61,466 bases of DNA from an uncultured Mesoaciditoga sp. (GCA_964470975.1 CAYYEU010000001.1:1-61466); one strand, 5' to 3'. Shown: positions 46,551 to 57,215, counted from the stretch's first letter. Program-made: numbers and translations. Notes: a model not told the origin generated them from the sequence alone.

Positions 46551-48641
46551 TCACTCCTTTGCGATTAGCGTTATTCTAAATTCCTTCTTTGAACCAGGTC
46601 CAATCTCAAATTTCCAAGTAGGTGTAATAGAAGTCCCCTGATAAACTTTTTCGAAACCACCTTCAGAATAAGATATCGTGTATATTGGATACATCAAAAA
46701 TTCGGCATCTTCATTCAAATTCAATTCGACATTTACACCTTCATATTCCGCAACTGCGGAAATTCTATCCGAAGTAAATGTCCCGTTATAAGACGCATGA
46801 TGTTTCCCTTTACCCCAGTCGAAGTATCTATCATCTGCTTCTGGTGCCATAAGGTTAAACGTCAATTCTGTTCCAAAATGCAAACTCATCGATTCCCTTG
46901 ACTCGTTAGTTATCTTGTACAAAACCTCAAGCGAGTTCCCGAAGAGCTTAAAAATCTTTTCCACGCACACAGGCATCCATTTCGTGCCAACCCACACATG
47001 ACCGCACCTGACAAGGGTGCTTTTGTTCACGACTTCATACGGCTGATTGACAAAATCTCCTTGTTCAGGATATTTTGAGTTGAAGTATCCCTCTAAATTA
47101 AAATCTTTTCCAAAGAAGTGGTCCATAAAGGCAAATCTTTCGTACCAATCCACGTTCAAGTACCTTTCCAAGCCTTCTTCTTTGGTTAGAATGACATCGT
47201 GAATGGTTTTGGCATGGCCTAACTTTTTTAACTGCCCCTGTGTTATGGCCCGTGGCATAAGTTCGTGATAAACTTCATACCTTCTGGTCAGTGAGTTGAT
47301 AAGGTTGTACTCGGCATCTTTCAAATCTATTTCCAAAACTCGCCCGCCATAATCAGGATCTACAACGAGACCGATGTCAGAATTTTTCATGATAATTTCA
47401 TTAAAGCCATCTTTGTCGTAATCGAGCACCTCTATTTTCGCTTTTTCATCAAGATCCTTGCATAGCTCTTTTTCGGCTCGTATCAAATGTTTGTAAACGG
47501 CAGCTCTGAGGTGTGGCAAGTACAATCCGCCAAACACCCCATGCCAGTAAACGTCGTTACATTGACCTTTCCAATATTCGTCAAGTATTTCTTCAGAAAC
47601 ATGGTCCTTTCCATCTATCTTTGTATGCAAATAAAGTGATTTTTTATGCATCAAATTCGACTCGGTGTATTTTGACAAAAAAGTACGCCAAATTCCACCC
47701 TTCAAGAACATTTCCATAGATTCATATCTCTTCTCTTTCTTCAAATCCGAGATCAAAGATTCAAAATCAGCTTTTGCCCTGGTAGGTAAAGCCCATTCCA
47801 TCATTTCACTGTACGATGAAATTGGTAGATAAGTCCTTCCTTTCGGAGGGTGCGAATCCACATATTCTGCAAAGCCGATCATGTTGAGCCACTCCTCATT
47901 TTCTTCAATTGCGCTGAAGAACGAATCCAACCACTTCTTATCGTAAACTTGTTCGTAAGTCCCTGGCCAAACTCCAAATTTCTCGCCATCATCGAACATC
48001 ACAAGAGCGTTGTCTGAACTATCAGTGGCAGAATTTTTGAGAAAATCGATCGTATCTTGAACAGCTTCAAAAGGAATAAAATAACGAAGTTTTTTTGATA
48101 TTGGGAAAACTTTAAGAGTGTAGCCCTCTTCCTCCGTGATGTAATAGCCGGTAAGTTCATCGTCGTAATGGCCGGCGTTTTTGAAATGAGTGTCATCAAC
48201 TACAACATATTCAACACCCGCCAATGCAAGTGATTTCGCAATTTGCGGTTCCCAAACTCTTTCAGCTAACCACATGCCACGTGGTCTTTTGCCAAAAAGT
48301 TTTTCCACTTCATCTGAGAGTTTCTTTATTTGCCCAATTCTATCTTCTTCTGGAATGACTGGGATAATAGGCTCGTAAAACCCTCCTGTAAATATTTCCA
48401 ATTGTCCTCGTTCAACAAGAAAACGCACTTTTTTGATGTATTCAGGGTGGTTTTCTTCCAACTTCTTAAGAAGCCATCCAGTAAAGTGAATGGCCATCTT
48501 AATTTTTGGATGTTTTTCAAGCACATCTACAAACGGCTTGTAAGATCTGTCGTAAGCATCTTCTACTACAAAATCGAAATTCCCAATGGGTTGATGATTG
48601 TGGATGCCAAATAAAAAATTCACTTTTTTCAACGTTTGCAC
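46551..48641 (-). CDS. GH57-family 4-alpha-glucanotransferase / alpha-amylase-like enzyme
   Basis: All five GH57 regions are visible (GIHNHQP, GQLEI, WLAERVWEP, FDDGEKFGVWP, CNDVYWHGVFGG). Close to the Thermococcus litoralis GH57 4-alpha-glucanotransferase as I recall it. Confidence 0.9.
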   Translation of the reverse strand: MQTLKKVNFLFGIHNHQPIGNFDFVVEDAYDRSYKPFVDVLEKHPKIKMAIHFTGWLLKKLEENHPEYIKKVRFLVERGQLEIFTGGFYEPIIPVIPEEDRIGQIKKLSDEVEKLFGKRPRGMWLAERVWEPQIAKSLALAGVEYVVVDDTHFKNAGHYDDELTGYYITEEEGYTLKVFPISKKLRYFIPFEAVQDTIDFLKNSATDSSDNALVMFDDGEKFGVWPGTYEQVYDKKWLDSFFSAIEENEEWLNMIGFAEYVDSHPPKGRTYLPISSYSEMMEWALPTRAKADFESLISDLKKEKRYESMEMFLKGGIWRTFLSKYTESNLMHKKSLYLHTKIDGKDHVSEEILDEYWKGQCNDVYWHGVFGGLYLPHLRAAVYKHLIRAEKELCKDLDEKAKIEVLDYDKDGFNEIIMKNSDIGLVVDPDYGGRVLEIDLKDAEYNLINSLTRRYEVYHELMPRAITQGQLKKLGHAKTIHDVILTKEEGLERYLNVDWYERFAFMDHFFGKDFNLEGYFNSKYPEQGDFVNQPYEVVNKSTLVRCGHVWVGTKWMPVCVEKIFKLFGNSLEVLYKITNESRESMSLHFGTELTFNLMAPEADDRYFDWGKGKHHASYNGTFTSDRISAVAEYEGVNVELNLNEDAEFLMYPIYTISYSEGGFEKVYQGTSITPTWKFEIGPGSKKEFRITLIAKE

Positions 48642-48649
48642 CTCCGAAA

Positions 48650-50134
48650 TTAGCGTTTTTTCCTTCTGATATTCCTTTTTTTGTAACTGAGCTTGTAATT
48701 ATAAGGCATTGGATTATCGTAAGAAACAACGATCCCGATTTTCATGTCCTTCGAAATTTTTTGAATGATTTTTTCATCAATATAGGCCCTTAAACTTTCG
48801 TGCGCACTTACTTCTACTGAGTTTATGGCGCTGTTATCCTCTTTTAGCTCTTCAAGTTCATGAATCAAATTTCTTGTTCGGTGAATCGGTGAAAGCATAA
48901 TGCCATTTCCGTTGCATACTGGACACTTCACTTCATAAAATTCTCTAAGTGGAGGAGAAGTGCGTTTCCTTGTCATCTCTAAAAGTCCAAGTTTAGAAAA
49001 TTCCACTATAGATGTACGTGCTTTGTCCTTTTTCAATTCTTCTTCAAGAACATGCGCAACGAGCTGCCTTTCCGATTCGCGGGCCATGTCTATAAAATCC
49101 ACGATGATTATCCCACTTTCATTTCTTAATCTCAGTTGTCTTGGAATTTCTCTTGCACTTTCTATGTTAGTTTTCAAGATCAAATCTTCCGAATCCGTTC
49201 CGGATGTGTTAGAACCCGTGTTAACGTCTATGACAAGAAGGGCCTCTGTTGAATCAAAATAGAGAACTCCTCCACTTGGAAGTTTCACAACTCGAGAGAG
49301 TGATTCCATTATCTGTTTTTCAACTCCAAGCCTTCTGAAAGCATCTCCGGAAATCAATCGAATTATTGGAATATGCTTCGGCTTGTAAGAATCCACAACT
49401 TTTTGAATCGCCTCATAAGTTTTCTTTTCATCGGTTATGATCTCATCAACTGTATCATCCAATCTCTCTCTTAAAATGTACTCCAACACTCCTGGATCTT
49501 CGTAAAGTACCTGCGGTTTCCTGGCATGACGAAATTTTCTTTGAATCTTTTCCCATCGCTCCCTTAACTCTTCCAATTCTCTTTCAAGTTCTTCCCCTTT
49601 AACAGCTTCAGCAACGGTTCTTACTATTACACCTTGCCCTTTTGATATAGATCCTGCAATGCTGTAAAGCCTTTTTCGTTCTCCTTGATCTTCTATTTTC
49701 TTAGAAACGCCTATGTTAGATATCTGGGGCATGAAAACAAGGTACCTTCCTGCCAAGCTTATATACGATGTAACTTGAGGCCCCTTAAGCCCCATTGCAT
49801 CTTTCTTAACCTGAACCAATATCTTCTGCTTCGGCTTTAGCATCTCCACTTTGAGGGCGCTTCCGTTTCTGGGCTTGGGGGCGTATAAATCACGTTCTCT
49901 TAAAAACGCGTTCCTGCCTTCCCCAATATTCACAAAAGCTGCCTGAAGATTTGGAACGATATTTTCAACTCTTCCAAGGTATATACTTCCAGTAAGTGAC
50001 TCCTCGTCGGCTTCCTCTAAATAAACTTCGAAAAGCTGATCATCCTCAAGCATCGCCAATCTTAAACCTTCAAACTCTGAATTGCTTATGACTATTCTTT
50101 TTAAAGATGTTCTACTCGTGACTATGATTACCAC
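48650..50134 (-). CDS. rng: Rne/Rng-family ribonuclease (RNase G/E catalytic domain)
   Basis: S1 domain (GSIYLGRVENIVPNLQAAFVNIG), DNase-I-like region (VIDVNTG) and Zn-link CPVCNG. Confidence 0.88.
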   Translation of the reverse strand: MVIIVTSRTSLKRIVISNSEFEGLRLAMLEDDQLFEVYLEEADEESLTGSIYLGRVENIVPNLQAAFVNIGEGRNAFLRERDLYAPKPRNGSALKVEMLKPKQKILVQVKKDAMGLKGPQVTSYISLAGRYLVFMPQISNIGVSKKIEDQGERKRLYSIAGSISKGQGVIVRTVAEAVKGEELERELEELRERWEKIQRKFRHARKPQVLYEDPGVLEYILRERLDDTVDEIITDEKKTYEAIQKVVDSYKPKHIPIIRLISGDAFRRLGVEKQIMESLSRVVKLPSGGVLYFDSTEALLVIDVNTGSNTSGTDSEDLILKTNIESAREIPRQLRLRNESGIIIVDFIDMARESERQLVAHVLEEELKKDKARTSIVEFSKLGLLEMTRKRTSPPLREFYEVKCPVCNGNGIMLSPIHRTRNLIHELEELKEDNSAINSVEVSAHESLRAYIDEKIIQKISKDMKIGIVVSYDNPMPYNYKLSYKKRNIRRKKR

Positions 50135-50163
50135 CTCTTGTTCGAATATATGAAATTATATCA

Positions 50164-50919
50164 TTAAAAACTGTTTAAAATTCCGGTAATTACAAGATCC
50201 CATCCATTTACCAATACAAATAGTAGTAATTTAAAAGGCAAAGAGACCATAACAGGAGGTATCATTATCATCCCCATAGCAAGTAATACGGAGGCTACAA
50301 TCATGTCTATTAGTATGAACGGAATGTACAGTAGCACTCCTATCTTGAAAGCAATTTTTAATTCACTTATAACAAATGAAGGAATTAAAACCGATGTTGG
50401 TATCTCAGAAAGTTTGGTTGGAAAAGGCATTTTCTTGTATTGAGTGAATATTCGTATCGCATCGCCATTTTTATGCCGTATTATCTCTGAGTACATGAAT
50501 TCTCTGAATGGTTGGATTCCTTTTTTTATCGCTTGTTGATAGCCCACCTTACCACTCATGTACGGTTTTATGGCGTTGTTATAAGCATTCATAAAAGTTG
50601 GTTGCATTATGAAGAAGGTCATGAACAACGCCAAGCCTATCAAAATCTGGTTTGGCGGAGACTGCTGAGTTCCCATTGCACTCCTTAAAAGGGAAAGTAC
50701 TACTATTATTCTTGTAAAAGATGTCACCAGCACCAAGATGGCTGGTGCTACAGATAAAATCGTTATCACCAACAGAATAGTCAGTGTTGTGGTAAGTTGG
50801 GTATTTGTAGGGGTACTGCCTACACTTATCGTTAGATTAGGTAACGAAGAAGTTACTCCTTGACCGAAACTCAAAACGCCAACAAAAAGGAGGAGTAAAA
50901 ACGATATTTTTCCCTTCAC
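50164..50919 (-). CDS. fliP: flagellar type III export component FliP
   Basis: SFTRIIVVLSLLRSAMGTQQSPPNQ and MIMIPP motifs. Confidence 0.93.
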   Translation of the reverse strand: MKGKISFLLLLFVGVLSFGQGVTSSLPNLTISVGSTPTNTQLTTTLTILLVITILSVAPAILVLVTSFTRIIVVLSLLRSAMGTQQSPPNQILIGLALFMTFFIMQPTFMNAYNNAIKPYMSGKVGYQQAIKKGIQPFREFMYSEIIRHKNGDAIRIFTQYKKMPFPTKLSEIPTSVLIPSFVISELKIAFKIGVLLYIPFILIDMIVASVLLAMGMIMIPPVMVSLPFKLLLFVLVNGWDLVITGILNSF

Positions 50920-51320
50920 TTTAATTCATCTATCCTGTCTATTTGATCTTTCAAAAACCTTTTGCCCAATTTTGAAAACAGCACTTTCGAAAATTGTGCT
51001 CCACTCTCATCTATTTCAAGATCTTTTATTTCTTCAGGATCATCCAACTCAGAAAGCACTCTTGTATCAGAAGGGGTACACGCTACAAAAAGATACCTGT
51101 TTTTCAATTGAATCAAATACACAACCGTACTTTTCCCCAATGGTAAAGCATCGATGATCTTCATGTATTTTGATTTCATGTGCTTTATGCCAAATCTTTT
51201 CACAAGATAAAGCACAACGAGCAAAACACCTATTATAATTACAGTTGAAATAAAAAAACTCAAACTTGAAGTCCCTGAAAAGGCTTCAGCAGTTGGTGTG
51301 GCAGATGCCACTTTTAACAC
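50916..51320 (-). CDS. fliO: flagellar biosynthesis protein FliO/FliZ
   Basis: Single TM protein located between cheY and fliP, with a 4-nt overlap with fliP. Confidence 0.65.
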   Translation of the reverse strand: MLKVASATPTAEAFSGTSSLSFFISTVIIIGVLLVVLYLVKRFGIKHMKSKYMKIIDALPLGKSTVVYLIQLKNRYLFVACTPSDTRVLSELDDPEEIKDLEIDESGAQFSKVLFSKLGKRFLKDQIDRIDELK

Positions 51321-51321
51321 C

Positions 51322-51684
51322 TCACTTGCTTACCTTAGAAAGTGCTTCCACCACTCTTCCTTGTTGAAAAGGTTTCACTATGAAATCCTTCGCCCCGGCT
51401 TGAATGGCTTCCACAACCATCATTTGTTGTCCCATTGCACTGCACATGACTATGTTTGCCTTTGGATCTGCCTTCATTATCTCCTTTGTAGCTTCTATAC
51501 CGTTCATTTCCGGCATTGTTATATCCATCGTCACTATATCAGGTTTCAATTCCTTGTATTTTTCTATTGCTTCAGTACCGTTTGACGCTTCTCCCGCCAC
51601 TTCATATCCAGCTTTTGTAACTATGTCTTTCAACAGCATTCGCATGAATGCCGCATCATCCACTATGAGTATTCTTTTAGCCAT
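51322..51684 (-). CDS. cheY: chemotaxis response regulator CheY
   Basis: MAKRILIVDDAAFMRMLLKDIVTKAGYEVAGEA...DITMPEMNG...KPF. Confidence 0.95.
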   Translation of the reverse strand: MAKRILIVDDAAFMRMLLKDIVTKAGYEVAGEASNGTEAIEKYKELKPDIVTMDITMPEMNGIEATKEIMKADPKANIVMCSAMGQQMMVVEAIQAGAKDFIVKPFQQGRVVEALSKVSK

Positions 51685-51697
51685 CGAATATGCCTCC

Positions 51698-52150
51698 TTA
51701 AATCTCGTTTACTTTGTCTTCTATGAACTCCGATATATCTATAAAAACGAGAAGTCTTTCCCCTTTCTTCACCACGCCTTTAAAGTATTTGGATTCCTCA
51801 ACTCTTATCATTGTATCCATTTCAGAAGGTTCGACCCAAAGAACTTCTGTAACTTTGTCAACGATAAAGCCTATTTCGGTGTCATCTATCCTCGCGACAA
51901 TCACATTTGAAGCCGATTTTTCTTCATATTCTATGTTCAAAATGGTTCTAACATCTATCACCGGTACTATTCTTCCCCTGAGGTTCATAACTCCTTTTAT
52001 GAATCTCTTTGAGTTTGGTACCGGCGTTATTTGACTTTCTTCAACGATCATTTCCACCACACTTATTTCTATAGCGTATTCATGTTCTCCAAATTTGAAT
52101 CCCAATACTTCAAATGGCTTATTTAACTCTTTTAAATTCACTTCTATCAC
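51698..52150 (-). CDS. cheW: chemotaxis coupling protein CheW
   Basis: CheW-like domain ([16 protein letters not shown]). 4-nt overlap with cheA. Confidence 0.92.
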   Translation of the reverse strand: MIEVNLKELNKPFEVLGFKFGEHEYAIEISVVEMIVEESQITPVPNSKRFIKGVMNLRGRIVPVIDVRTILNIEYEEKSASNVIVARIDDTEIGFIVDKVTEVLWVEPSEMDTMIRVEESKYFKGVVKKGERLLVFIDISEFIEDKVNEI

Positions 52151-54141
52151 CTCGAAAGCGCTTTTTGTACAAGCGACGGCACATCTATTATAAGTGCTAT
52201 AGAGCCGTTCCCGAGTATTGCCCCTCCACTGAATTCTTTTACGTCCTTGAAGAGCCTACCAAGAGCCTTTATAACTATGTCCTGCTGCCCTAACAATTTG
52301 TCTACAATGAATCCATACTTTCTATCTTTATATCTTGTCACCACAAGATCCATTTTTTCCGACAACGTACCCGCACTAAAGTGCAGGCGCAGATCTATTA
52401 CAGGCACTATTTCGCCTCTTAGGAGAACGGTTTTCCTTCCTTCAACATCTCTTATGTCATTTTCTTTTATTGCCAATGTGCTATCTACGGCGGAGATTGG
52501 AACCGCGTAAACAAGATTACCAACTTCCACGAGCAAGGCCTGGATTATTGATAAAGTCAACGGTAATCTTATTATTACCTTTGTACCTTTTCCTTCCACG
52601 CTTTCCAAATAAACGCTTCCATTTAAAGATTCAATGGTTTTTTTAACGACATCCATTCCTACTCCTCGTCCGGATACTTCTGTAGGATTATCACTCGTTG
52701 AAAAACCAGGTTCAAAGGTCAAAGCAAATATTTCTTCATTGCTCATCGTTGAAGCTTCATATTCCTGTATGATACCTTTTTCTACCGCTCTTTTAACGAT
52801 CTTCTCTTTGTTGAATCCTCGACCATCATCATCAACTTCTATGACAACACTGTCGCCCTCTTGGCGTGCTGAAAGCACAACCTTTCCTATCGGTGATTTC
52901 CCAGCGCCTATTCGTTCTTTTTCTGATTCTATTCCATGATCTATGGAATTCCTTATCATGTGTACAAGGGGCTCTCCTATCTCGTCTGCAACCGTTCTGT
53001 CGAGCTCCGTGTCTTCGCCTTGAACCATAAAATCTATTTTTTTGTTCAACTTTTTGGATAAGTCTCTGACCATGCGAGGAAATCTGTCAAAAACAAATGA
53101 AATGGGTATCATTCTGATTTTCATCACTATACTTTGAAGGTCAAGTGTTATTCTTCCAAGTTGAGAAAGGCTTTCATCGATTTCTTTTATCTTGTATTTT
53201 TTCAACGTCTCTTCTATTCTACTCCTACTGATCACAAGTTCTGCCATGAGGTTCATGAGTGTATCGAGTTTTTCGACATCCACTCTTACACTTTGTGTGA
53301 GTTTAACTCGACGCTTTTCGTTGTCTTTTTTTATTTTATTTTCTTCCTCTTGTTTTTCTGATTTTTTTTCAATTTTTACTTCACTTTTTTTGGTTTCAAA
53401 TGGCTTGATCGTTACTTTCTCTATTTCGGAAACACCTGAGACAAGCTCTTGAAGTTCTTCCATTTTCATGGGCGTGATCACGACCAATTCAACAGACGTT
53501 TCAAAATTTTCTTTCTCTATTTCTTCCGTTGGAGGTTCTGAATACACGATTTGCCCTCCACTTTCTTCTATTCTGTGGAAAACTATATACATTCTTGCTG
53601 ATTTCATGACAGAGTCTTTCACAAGCTCAATTTTCACCACGTAAACGTTTAACCCATCTTCCATTGCTTTTTTTGCAACATCCTTAACCGCTTCCATGAC
53701 AATGTCTTCTGATTTGACCTCAACATTAGATTCTTCAGTCTCTTTTTTAATTTTTTCTTCTCTTTTGCTTTGGTTGGACATTACGCTCTCTACCTCGTCT
53801 AAATCCAAATTTGCATCGTCTCCGCCGCTTTCTATATCAGATACCACCGCCGTGAGTTTGTCTATTCCAAGGAAAATGAGATCTATCATACTTTCGTTAA
53901 CTTTGGCTTTTCCACTCCTTGCGGAATCAAGAAGACTTTCTAAAGTATGGCACATTTTGGACATTTTCGTAAATCCCATCGTGGCAGACGAGCCTTTCAG
54001 TGTGTGCATAAGGCGAAATATTTCATTGATAGCATCTTTCGATTCTGGATTTGATTCCAATTTTAGCACAGCATCGTTCAACCCTTGTATGTTTTCTTTA
54101 GCTTCTTCAACAAAAACCCCGAGGTACTGACTCATGTCCAT
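52147..54141 (-). CDS. cheA: chemotaxis histidine kinase CheA
   Basis: HPt ([16 protein letters not shown]), dimerisation domain, HATPase (DDGRG, GRGVGMD) and C-terminal CheW-like domain. Confidence 0.95.
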   Translation of the reverse strand: MDMSQYLGVFVEEAKENIQGLNDAVLKLESNPESKDAINEIFRLMHTLKGSSATMGFTKMSKMCHTLESLLDSARSGKAKVNESMIDLIFLGIDKLTAVVSDIESGGDDANLDLDEVESVMSNQSKREEKIKKETEESNVEVKSEDIVMEAVKDVAKKAMEDGLNVYVVKIELVKDSVMKSARMYIVFHRIEESGGQIVYSEPPTEEIEKENFETSVELVVITPMKMEELQELVSGVSEIEKVTIKPFETKKSEVKIEKKSEKQEEENKIKKDNEKRRVKLTQSVRVDVEKLDTLMNLMAELVISRSRIEETLKKYKIKEIDESLSQLGRITLDLQSIVMKIRMIPISFVFDRFPRMVRDLSKKLNKKIDFMVQGEDTELDRTVADEIGEPLVHMIRNSIDHGIESEKERIGAGKSPIGKVVLSARQEGDSVVIEVDDDGRGFNKEKIVKRAVEKGIIQEYEASTMSNEEIFALTFEPGFSTSDNPTEVSGRGVGMDVVKKTIESLNGSVYLESVEGKGTKVIIRLPLTLSIIQALLVEVGNLVYAVPISAVDSTLAIKENDIRDVEGRKTVLLRGEIVPVIDLRLHFSAGTLSEKMDLVVTRYKDRKYGFIVDKLLGQQDIVIKALGRLFKDVKEFSGGAILGNGSIALIIDVPSLVQKALSR

Positions 54142-54252
54142 GAACTTACACTCCTTCCATGAGTTACAAATCTGATTTTACCTTTTGGTAAGGCTCGTCG
54201 GTGCTATTTCCACCAAATCTTGAAGAACATTTTTTTCTAAAAATTTGTAGAT

Positions 54253-54261
54253 ATTATATCA
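54253..54261 (-). promoter_or_regulatory. extended -10 element upstream of cheA
   Basis: The minus strand reads TGaTATAAT, about 110 nt upstream of the cheA ATG. Confidence 0.35.
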
Positions 54262-54276
54262 TTTTTGCGAACAAAT

Positions 54277-55050
54277 TCAGAAAGTACGCCTCTTATGAAC
54301 CCAATCGAAAATGAGATTGGAAAGCTTGATGAATTGCTCAATAGATAACTCTTCAGCTCTTGCATTTTTTGAGATCTTCAATGTTTCTAACATAGTTTCT
54401 ACACCTTCAAATTCCTTCAAGTTATTTCGTATCATCTTTCTTTTGTGGGAGAAAGCTTTTCTTACAATTTTATCCAGTAGGCTTTCATCTTTGACTGATG
54501 AGAGCCATCGTTGCGTTCTAACCATATTTATAACGGATGAATCAACAGATGGGATAGGGAAAAAAGACTCCTTGTTCACATCTAAGATTTTTTTTACTTC
54601 ATATCTCAATCTTACAAAAGTGGTGAGAGAACCGTAAGCTTTTGTTCGCGGCACCGCCAGCAATCTTTGTGCGTATTCCCTTTGCACCATAACGGTTATG
54701 AAAGGCACACGCATGTTGAAAAGTTTTTTGAGTATGGGAGTTGATATGTTGTAAGGGATGTTTGAAACACACCTGTTCAATTTCAAAGTACCATCGAATT
54801 TTAAGAAATCTTGAAAGATGAATTTCACATTACGCCCCCTGAACTTATCTTTCAGCATGTCAAAGAGGTCCCTGTCTATCTCAAAGGCCACAACATTAGT
54901 GCCTTTTTCAAGCAGGGCTTCAGTTAATATTCCTTTGCCAGCACCTATTTCCAAAATAGTCTCTCCAGGGAGTACTCCAGCTTTTTCGACCATCTTTATC
55001 GCTATAGAGGGATCCGTCAAGAAATTTTGCCCAAAGCGTTTTTTTGGCAT
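54277..55050 (-). CDS. rsmA: 16S rRNA (adenine1518/1519-N6)-dimethyltransferase
   Basis: KRFGQNFL, EIGAGKGILT, SNIPYNIS. ATG 55050 lies 5 nt after GGAGAGGTG. Confidence 0.92.
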   Translation of the reverse strand: MPKKRFGQNFLTDPSIAIKMVEKAGVLPGETILEIGAGKGILTEALLEKGTNVVAFEIDRDLFDMLKDKFRGRNVKFIFQDFLKFDGTLKLNRCVSNIPYNISTPILKKLFNMRVPFITVMVQREYAQRLLAVPRTKAYGSLTTFVRLRYEVKKILDVNKESFFPIPSVDSSVINMVRTQRWLSSVKDESLLDKIVRKAFSHKRKMIRNNLKEFEGVETMLETLKISKNARAEELSIEQFIKLSNLIFDWVHKRRTF

Positions 55051-55069
55051 TAAAACACCTCTCCAAATC

Positions 55070-55097
55070 AAAAAGAACAGGGGCCTTAAAAGCCCCT
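55070..55097 (-). terminator. hairpin plus U tract after tRNA-Ser(GGA), upstream of rsmA
   Basis: The minus strand reads AGGGGC-TTTTAAG-GCCCCT-GTTCTTTTT. Confidence 0.5.
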
Positions 55098-55101
55098 ACT
55101 T

Positions 55102-55191
55102 TGGCGGAGAGAGTGGGATTTGAACCCACGGAGCGGTTTCCCGCTCATACGCTCTCCAGGCGTACGCCTTCGACCACTCGGCCATCTCTCC
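55102..55191 (-). tRNA. tRNA-Ser (anticodon GGA), long variable arm, CCA encoded
   Basis: The reverse complement folds as acceptor GGAGAGA/TCTCTCC, anticodon arm TACGC-CTGGAGA-GCGTA, T-arm GTGGG-TTCAAAT-CCCAC. Confidence 0.95.
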
Positions 55192-55212
55192 AATTGTCGG
55201 TCAACGGTGATG

Positions 55213-55242
55213 ATTATACCCGAAAGAAGGTTATCTCGTCAA
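55213..55242 (-). promoter_or_regulatory. sigma-70-type promoter for tRNA-Ser(GGA)
   Basis: On the minus strand: TTGACG (55242-55237), 18-nt spacer, TATAAT (55218-55213). It lies about 20 nt upstream of the tRNA 5' end. Confidence 0.5.
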
Positions 55243-55258
55243 GTCTTTCGAATTTGTG

Positions 55259-55267
55259 TGGTAAAAT
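55259..55267 (+). promoter_or_regulatory. extended -10 element upstream of the TIGR00725-like gene
   Basis: TGgTAAAAT lies 20 nt upstream of the TTG start, which is preceded by GGAGGTG. Confidence 0.35.
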
Positions 55268-55286
55268 TCGTATGGAGGTGTAAACG

Positions 55287-55808
55287 TTGAGAATAGCAGT
55301 CATAGGATATTCCGGCAGTATTGACGAAGCTCCGGTGAAACCCTTAACGGAACTGTGTGAAACCCTCGGTTCGGAAATTGCGAAACGAGGCCATGTTTTG
55401 GTGAGTGGCGGGAGAGATGGCATAATGGAAGTCGTATCAGAAGGAGCGTCAAAATTCGGTGGAACGATCATCGGAATACTCCCAGCCAATGACATCGGCA
55501 ACGATTTCCTAACGGTTGCAATAGACACCGGAATGGATTACTCGATGAGATCCATTTTGATGATGTACAACGCTGATGCAGTGATAAGCATCGGTGGAAA
55601 AGCAGGAACAGGCTTGGAGATATTCGCAGCTTACGGTCATTCTAAACCAATATTCTTGCTTAGAGGAACGGGCGGATGGACGGATAGAATAGCGAATATC
55701 CTTTTAGAAGGAAAGTATTTGGATGAGAGAAAACAGGTTGAAATAAAAAGCGTCTGGAGCATTGAAGAAGCACTTGAAGAAATCGAAGCGCTGGAGGTTT
55801 CAAAATGA
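55287..55808 (+). CDS. TIGR00725/LOG-like (Rossmann, lysine-decarboxylase-like) family protein
   Basis: IAVIGYSG...LVSGGRDGIMEVVSEGA...ISIGGKAGTGLEI resembles the LOG/TIGR00725 pattern as I recall it. Confidence 0.65.
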   Translation: MRIAVIGYSGSIDEAPVKPLTELCETLGSEIAKRGHVLVSGGRDGIMEVVSEGASKFGGTIIGILPANDIGNDFLTVAIDTGMDYSMRSILMMYNADAVISIGGKAGTGLEIFAAYGHSKPIFLLRGTGGWTDRIANILLEGKYLDERKQVEIKSVWSIEEALEEIEALEVSK

Positions 55809-57208
55809 TCAAAGTGAGATTTGCCCCTAGCCCAACTGGATACTTGCATGTTGGCGGAGCACGTACCGCATTGTTTGATTGGCTATTTGCCAGAAAAAAC
55901 CATGGAAAATTCGTGTTGAGAATTGAAGACACAGATACGCAAAGATCCACGAAAGAATCCGAAAAATCCATAATAGAAGATTTGAAATGGTGTGGGATCG
56001 ATTGGGATGAAGGGCCAATCAAGGGAGGAGAATTTGGGCCCTACAGACAAAGCGACAGAGTGAAAGCTCGGATATATGGTGAATACGTGAATGAGCTCTT
56101 GAATTCACAAAAAGCCTATTACGCGATTTACGAAGTCGACGATCCGAAAAAGATAATGAAAAAAACACATTTGGAAAATGAAGCTGAAGAATACAAGAGA
56201 AAAGGACACAGTGTAACGGTCAATTTCAAAATACCCAAAGGGGAAACAACATTTGAAGATTTAGCCAAGGGAAAGATGAAATTCGACAATTCAACTTTTG
56301 ATGATCTTGTGATCGTCAAGTCCAATGGATACCCTACTTATAATTTTGCAGTAGTTATTGATGATCACCTTATGAAGATTTCTCACGTGGTTCGTGGTGA
56401 AGATCATCTTACAAATACGCCAAAGCAAATCATGATCTACGAAGCACTGGGATGGAAATTGCCAAAATTCATGCACATACCGCTTATTTTGGGTCCAGAC
56501 AGGACCCCATTGAGCAAAAGACACGGTGGAACTTCAGTTGATTACTTCAGGTCGTATGGAATCATAAGCAAAGCTTTTGTCAATTATCTCGCATTGCTTG
56601 GCTGGGGAATAGAAGATGAAATTTTCGATCCGTTTGAACGAGTGAACGATTTCAACCTGGAAAAACTCTCTTCAAAACCTGCCGTTTTCGATTACGCAAA
56701 ACTCGAATGGGTAAACGGTCAACACATGCGCAAAATACCAATTGAAACGCTCGTTGAAGAATTTGAAAAATGGTCACAAAGCTACAGTCCATCATCACTT
56801 GGGTGGACTGAAAAACCTGGTTACATGAAAAGGGTATTTGAGATATGCAGGCAAAAAGTGAATAACCTTCGGGTATTAAGAGATTTCGCTGAACCTTTTT
56901 TCACTGAGAGACTTGACTTTGATGAAAAAGCAAAGGATGTTCTTGAATCAGCCTACACACAACTTTACCTTTCTTCAGCTTTAGCATCCATAAAAGACAT
57001 TGACGATTGGACGATAGAAGAAGTAGAAAAAGCGATAAGAGATGCCGCAACAAAGGAGGGCATTTCCAAAAAGAAATTTTTTCAAATTGTAAGGGTGGCA
57101 ATACTTGGAAAGATGGTGACACCGGGTTTGTTTGAAAGTATATACGTTCTCGGAAAGGAAAGAACTATTTCAAGAATCGAAAACGTTACAAGTGGAAAGG
57201 AGCTCTAA
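55805..57208 (+). CDS. gltX: glutamate--tRNA ligase
   Basis: RFAPSPTGYLHVGGARTAL (HIGH class I motif), LSKRHG (KMSKS-like motif). Confidence 0.95.
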   Translation: MIKVRFAPSPTGYLHVGGARTALFDWLFARKNHGKFVLRIEDTDTQRSTKESEKSIIEDLKWCGIDWDEGPIKGGEFGPYRQSDRVKARIYGEYVNELLNSQKAYYAIYEVDDPKKIMKKTHLENEAEEYKRKGHSVTVNFKIPKGETTFEDLAKGKMKFDNSTFDDLVIVKSNGYPTYNFAVVIDDHLMKISHVVRGEDHLTNTPKQIMIYEALGWKLPKFMHIPLILGPDRTPLSKRHGGTSVDYFRSYGIISKAFVNYLALLGWGIEDEIFDPFERVNDFNLEKLSSKPAVFDYAKLEWVNGQHMRKIPIETLVEEFEKWSQSYSPSSLGWTEKPGYMKRVFEICRQKVNNLRVLRDFAEPFFTERLDFDEKAKDVLESAYTQLYLSSALASIKDIDDWTIEEVEKAIRDAATKEGISKKKFFQIVRVAILGKMVTPGLFESIYVLGKERTISRIENVTSGKEL

Positions 57209-57215
57209 ATTAATC

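Noticed and set aside
54920-55283. Track ORFs 54920..55129(-) and 55044..55283(+)
   Set aside because: They overlap tRNA-Ser(GGA) and the rsmA start region. Neither has a ribosome-binding site, and their composition is tRNA-derived.
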